A stretch of 56,115 nt of DNA, the filler included, from Sphacelaria rigidula (Eukaryota): NCBI GenBank assembly GCA_964200075.2. It is 4 parts of 4 records of this genome, joined end to end, with 100 filler letters (N's around TTAATTAATTAA, not from the genome) between each part and the next. Parts side by side here need not be neighbours in the genome. Positions count along the whole stretch, not along the records: positions 42,163 to 56,115 come from CAXNAA020002559.1; 3 more parts are not named here. One strand, 5' to 3'. The translations under genes and the position numbers were made by a program. The notes under the pieces are model-generated. The model was not told where the DNA came from. It worked only from the letters and a program-made list of their open reading frames with translations, and ran no database searches. Shown here in pieces: positions 50,304-56,115 of the stretch (position 1 is the first letter of the stretch; every line of letters starts with the position of its first letter).

Positions 50304-52873
50304 TACCTACTTTGCTGCTGTGCTGCTGGATTGTACGCTGACGGACCGTCTGTAAAGTCTATAGCTGGTAGTGTAGTGGGTGTATCTGCAGATTATTATG
50401 AGGAACACCGAAAGTTTCATCCAATCTATTTTCAGGTGCAGGATGCGCATTAGGTAATGTACATATAATGTAGCAAGCAGTATGAGTCGCCGTAGAAAGC
50501 TTTCAACAGGATGCGGCGACCGGCGAGCCGCCCGCCACTTGTGGCTTTGGATTATATTATTGTCCCCATCACCTTGCCACACAGCCCCTTTGTGGTCGGG
50601 GTGGGCCGCAATTTCCCTCTTTATTGCATGCGACAAACTCTCTTCGTAGGGTATGGGCGTTGCGGCGCACACACATACAGTACAGTGCAGTGCAGCGTGC
50701 CTCTCCGACTGCAGCAGCAGCTGCCGCTGCATACTCCCTTGCACGTTCTGGGCAGTTCTCAGCGACGGAGATCAGCTGCCTATACACAGCTTGTTCATCC
50801 CACTACATACATATTCACGGTGTTCTACAAGTCATCGGCAGAGGGATAAGTAGAATTCACGACAGTATACCCCTTCGTCTTTCCACCGCCCACCCGGGTT
50901 TAGTGCCTCGTGAAAATGACCACATCATGGCATGTACACTCCTTCTCGGTTTTTCCCACCCCACCTTGTGCCAGTGTAATTACTGCGTTCAAGTATAGGC
51001 TGGCGGCCCCAAAACACTCCCGGGAAATCCCGGGAACGCTACACTGAATGCAAGTAATACGATACGCCATGCTCCGAGCATCCGGCTTTGGAAACCTGGG
51101 AAGGTTTATCTGGGCTAGGGATAGGGTCCCCGCACGATCTTCGGAGTGACATCACACTCGGCAACAGTCCCCGCGCTGGTCGTTCGGGTCTGGTCGATAA
51201 ATTTCGCCTCGTCGTGTTGGGGCAGGTCGCTCCCTAACTTATTTTTGTATTATTTCATCAACATATGATCAACCTCGTGCTAGTGGGGAGTCGGTCCCAA
51301 AAGAGTCAACAGGGCGAGCACTCGAGTCATTGCTCGTTGTGCAGTGTTGCGCCGAAAAAAAAAAAAAAAAAAACGGAATCAGCCCGCATACAAGAATTGT
51401 TGCACACGAAATGAGCTAGCACCAGCTGTAAAGTAGTCGCAGGTCGCACGGGTGGCCAGCCCTACACGAAGGAGCACATGTCCAACAGGCGATTCCGGTG
51501 GAAAGCTTCGTTCAAGGCCGAGTGTCGGTGCCAGTTTTCGGGTGAGAAGATGATTAGTTCCCGCGTTGGCCGCTCTGAACGGTGTTGATCCGTATGGGTT
51601 CATCGTGGCTGGAATGTCGCGTGATGGTACGCAGACTGGTGACGGCCACGGTAGGTGTTTGGAGGCTGCGCGGTGTGCATGGGGTAGTCTATGACGCACA
51701 GAACCCATCTGAAAAAAAAACTGTCTCGATTCGTGTGTGGGGCAGCACACAAGAGACGATTGACTGCAATCATGTCTGGTGGCAGGCGGGGGCTGCAGAT
51801 TGCACATAAGATCCAGTATATAAGTTCATGATTCACCGCACAGCCCTGTAATGATGTGTGCTGTAGTCGAATGTTACAGTATCATAGAATGTACCGCAGA
51901 ATGCTACGCGTTGTGCACGGTCCGGTACGGTACGTGATGCGATGGCGACACACAGGTCACTCTTGCGTGCTGGGCTGTGCTGTTGTGTCTGTACTCGGGT
52001 GTGGTGTACCGTCATGTAATGTACTAAAAAGTGAATTGCACGTTCCGCTGCGGTGCACTGTTGGGCTACAGACAGTAAGTACACAGCACGCTTCGCTGTG
52101 GAGCCGCGTGCCGTTGTCTGCTGCTCTGGAGTTGATCGTAATGTGTTGTCCTGCACTCATAAGGGTGGTTCGCGATCACGTGCGGGGTCGTGTGCGATGA
52201 CAACAGAGAACACGCTGTATCGTGCTTCCCGGCAGTTTTGGGTGCAGTACTCGACTGCAATCAACTCGGGTGTCATGGACTGAAAACGATCGCGAAGCGC
52301 CCGCTACTGTGCTGCCCTCTGTTATTCTGTAAGGCACCGGACTGCTTCCTACTTCGCTGCACCGTACTGTCAAGTGGCGTGCACGGTTCACTCTCACGTA
52401 CTGTTCGGTATCACCATGTGCACTCTTATCCTGTACTGCACTGTATTGTGTTTTCCATCCCATTACTGTCCTATCGTGTACGATATAGCGGGGTTCCGTA
52501 ACAGGGTTCTCCTGTGTGTTGCCCATTGCCGTGGTGAACGCATCAGTAGACGGCTCCGACTGTTGGAAGCTTCATGGCACCCGTCCTCACCCGCTGGCGT
52601 TCGCAACTTGCCCCTAGGTCTGTCGACATGAACACGCCCTGCGAGGGACCTCGCCGGAGAGGATAGCGATCACCCGAAGACGAAGTACATGGCGCTGCCA
52701 CTTCGGTGAGAGACGCCCCCCTCTTAACATGCACAAGATATCTTTCATGGTCTGCCACCGCATTCAATTCTGTGTCGAAAAGGGGGCACACCGTAGTCGC
52801 TGCGGTATTCCCTCCGACACCAGGGGGTCTTGTCTAATATGTTGACAGCTTGTCTAATATGTTGACAGCTATA

Positions 52874-53445
52874 CAGTAGTGGGCGCCTGAAGTGTGTCGC
52901 GTTGTTCTGCGGACTTTATAGCATGGTACTCTTCGATAGAACTCTAGAGTGCTAGCGTCGGTATATGTTGATAAATCAAACAGATCGTCCTCAGAACACA
53001 GTGCCCAATTTAAAACAGCGTTTTCGTGAGATTGAGAGTGGAGGGTACGATTGAGAATGAAGAGCGGTAAATTGCGGAATGGACAGGCTCAGTTCCGAAG
53101 TGCCCCTACATGAGGCCCGATATGCTACCTGCAGTTTCTCACCACTGAAGCCCTTAATATCCCTGATGAGTACGATATCGTTGTGTAGCTGTAAGCACAC
53201 GCCAGTGTTACAGGCGAAGAAAAGCACACACATAATGGGAATTCGGTCAAGTAGAAGCGAATGATCGAACCCACTCTCAATCAACGCTCTACTCTCAATC
53301 TCACGAAAATCTTGTTACTGTTGTATGGTGTAATCAGGGATACGCGTAGAAACCCCGTTACTCTGGAGGGTGTTACTGACCGTGAAACACAGCTGTTCGG
53401 CTGTAGTGCGATGAGTACGTGTAAATTCAAATAAACGAACCGTCG
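52874..53445 (+). mobile_element. Third, 3'-truncated copy of the Tc1/mariner-type element, interrupted by an insertion
   Basis: TA|CAGTAGTGGGCGCCTGA; homology resumes after 53314 (GGAGGGTGTTACTGACCGTGAAACACAG). Confidence 0.8.
53016..53314. mobile_element. MITE with ~43-bp TIRs nested in the Tc1-type copy
   Basis: CAGCGTTTTCGTGAGATTGAGAGTGGAG... / ...CTCTACTCTCAATCTCACGAAAATCTTG. Confidence 0.8.
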
Positions 53446-53924
53446 AATTACTCCCTAGATGTTGGCTCGGTGTCAATAGACGGGGTTCCGTTGGTGTAGT
53501 TCGTGATTATTTACGCATCGGTGGCGCTCAAGCCCGAAAAAAACGAGTATCCACGCATTGGTGGCGCTCAAACCATTAAAAAAAAAAAAATGTGTTTGCT
53601 TCGGGAACGGTGAATGTCGGCAGGAAAGACGTCGGGTCAGTGTACCATACAGGAAGTAAAAAAAAATTATGAACAATTGCGTGTTTTCATCGTTCTGTGT
53701 CAATTCACGGCCCAAAAGGTAGGTAGGCGAAGTTTGGCACGTTCGAGTGACTAGATCTACTCCTTAACGCAGTTTCAAGATGTCTTCGCGTTTAGCGGTG
53801 GCCGTTCTTTTCTTGTGCACAAACATACATTTTTGTCAAAGGATGATCACGAACATTCGAATCTAAAACATATCGCCATTTCTTTTGTAGGCCTGCCCGT
53901 CTCTGGACAAGACAGTTGATTTGT

Positions 53925-54998
53925 TCAAATTAAACTGCTGCCACCGGAGAATGCTTCTGTGTGGTAAAACCCCGAAAAGGAGTCGAGGATCTCATTCCGA
54001 CGTGTAAAACTCCGCCCCTCTTTCAGCGCGTCAATTACGGAAGAAGAACATTTATGCAGAACTTTTGCTTCGCTTATATAACGAGCAGCGTCAGCTGAGC
54101 CACGAAAAAGCAAAGAAGGTCGCTGAAATTTTGCGGCCATATCGATACCCTCCTCATGTGTTGTAACACCCGTGATGCAAGAATTCAAGACGAGACAACA
54201 CTCCTTCCGTCGTTCGACTGCATTGTCCCGTGCTTGCCGTCAGTGGTGCCTTTCCCGTCAGGTGACCGCAGGGATGGGCGCCGCGGATGAAGTACATAAC
54301 CTCGGAATGGTGCCAGGCTGGGTACGGAGCTCGTTCCTATCCATGCTGAGCGAGTTGGTCACCCGTGTTTGAAGCGATGGTTAGCGTACTGGATGTAGTT
54401 TTTTGCGGCTTTTGTGACGGAGTCGGCGACAAAGAGTCTACTGGGCGTCCTTCGCCGTGGGATTATGCGGTTGCAGGCGCACGTCATAGCCCGCTATCTA
54501 TCGACGCCGGAGCGGAATCCGTCCTAGCGCCGCCACTTAGAATGCAGCTCGCAGTTGTTTTTGTCATAGCTACGGTTCGAGGGCTTAGTGGAGATATGTT
54601 GGAGAGTCAGGTCCTTGCTGGCGACGGTGAAGGCAGCACATAGAGCTGCCTTCTTCAGGAAGTGCCCTGAAGGGTATATCGTCTTCAGTCATGGTGCTTA
54701 CAATGGGGAAAAAAAAAATGGTTTTCACCGGCAAATCCCCTTTCGAACCACCGCTGGCGTGACCGGAGCGCGCCTCCATGCTCCCAACAGAGGACCGGAC
54801 TGGAATGTTTTGCGCACATAGGGGTGTGCGGCATAGCATGCCAAAACCATTCTCCCCTTCCCGCGTACATGCCAGGGGACACCATGTTCGCAAACATCTG
54901 GGTGCCTTCATTTTGTAGGGGAGGGCGATGCTCTTTTTGCTCACATTCGTTTCCCACACATGAGTTGCAGCATTCGTGTACGTCTTCTCCGAGGACAA
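53925..54998 (-). pseudogene. Degenerate reading frame with Cys/His motifs and a Ser/Pro/Thr-rich middle
   Basis: Segments CAKHSSPVLCWEHGGALR and HCKHHD, then SLSPTPSQKPQKTTSST..., separated by several in-frame stops. Confidence 0.35.
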
Positions 54999-55579
54999 GT
55001 TGTCTTGTTTAGGAGACCACAGTACCGGGCGGTGGGCGTTGGCTACACCGGGGCCAGCAATCGTGACTAAATCGATTAACTCTTCACAAGAACGTTATAT
55101 ATTTTATTCAGCACTTTGTACTTTTCCAAAAGTATCAAATAAAGCAATTACTAAAATAAGTTGAGATTGTCACACATCACGACACACAATTTTCTTCTCT
55201 GATCCTTCGAGGCGCTTTCATATTACAGTCAAAGGCCCGGGTCCAATGGGGGAGCAGTAAGCACCGGCGAGATTGCAAAACATGAGCAACAAAAAAGTGC
55301 AGTCGTGAACCTCGTGTCAGCCGACGAAATATCCCGAGACACACCCACACTCAGTGTTGCTCACGATTTCCACCTGCACAACACCTCTGTTTGCACCGAA
55401 CGATTCTGTGGATACCACTACAACTATCCCCCGTCAATGAGACACAAGGTCAGATTTTGTGCAGAATCCGTCGTGGGGCCTTGCAGCAGCGTGTGCCGAT
55501 GAGACAAAAGCTCAGATTTTGTTCCGAAAAAAAAAGTGTTTTTTTTTTCCCATCAGCGCAACACTGTGTGGGGGAAAAG

Positions 55580-55835
55580 TAATAGGGCGAGCACTCGAGT
55601 CGTTGTTCGTTGTGGGAAAAAATAATAGGGCGAGCACTCGAGTCATTTCTGGTTGTGAAAAAAAATGATGACTCGAGCGCACGAGTCATTGCTCGCTGTA
55701 GAAAAATTTAATGGCTCGAGCACACGAGTCATTGTTCCTTGAAAAAAAAGTAATGACTCGAGCACACGACTCATTGCTCGTTGTGTTTTGAAAAAATATT
55801 AACGAGTGCACTCGATTCGACGAGTAATGACTCGT
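55580..55835. repeat. ~44-bp periodic repeat of the semi-palindrome (ATGACT)CGAGCAC(T/A)CGAGTCAT separated by A-tracts
   Basis: About six units; one isolated copy at ~51312-51340. Confidence 0.8.
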
Positions 55836-56115
55836 CCGACGTGTGCAACAACAGTGCACGGGCTTGAGCTCATGAGAGTACAAGGAGGGCTGCGCGTGCA
55901 CTGCGTCAAGTTGACATGGGTTTTTGGTGGGATCGACCCCCACAATGCCTTGAGCAAAGCTTCCTGAACGCTCGAGACGTCTACCCCAATGACTGCTGCG
56001 AGGCGGTCTGACCGAGCCTCCGGGTAATCGGCACACGAATCCGCTTGTGGGGTAAGAGTTGGTGATGTTTCATCGATACTTCAAGGGGGGGGGGTGTACT
56101 CATGATCATGCTTGC

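Overview
Eukaryotic, repeat-dominated DNA. The TE types and intron style suggest a brown alga (Ectocarpus-like stramenopile), which is an inference. The window is not one locus: it is four scaffolds (1-13954, 14055-28008, 28109-42062, 42163-56115; 13,954/13,954/13,954/13,953 bp) joined by artificial N44-TTAATTAATTAA-N44 linkers. Scaffold 1 holds a dead Ty3/Gypsy element whose integrase frame ends in a chromodomain plus a Tudor-like domain, an opposite-strand Copia-like gag-protease element, and fold-backs. Scaffold 2 is almost all small inverted-repeat elements. Its most striking feature is chains of ~100-165 bp piggyBac-type (CCC...GGG, TTAA) mini-elements from three families, joined end to end in both orientations through single TTAA sites (13 units at 25433-26845). 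Scaffold 3 carries a minus-strand multi-exon gene for a low-complexity protein (partly degenerate) and tRNA-derived SINEs, two of which flank a 153-nt exon in inverted orientation. Scaffold 4 holds Tc1/mariner-type MITEs, a SINE with a near-perfect 40-bp hairpin, tandem repeats and pseudogene fragments. No rRNA, intact tRNA or CRISPR array was found.
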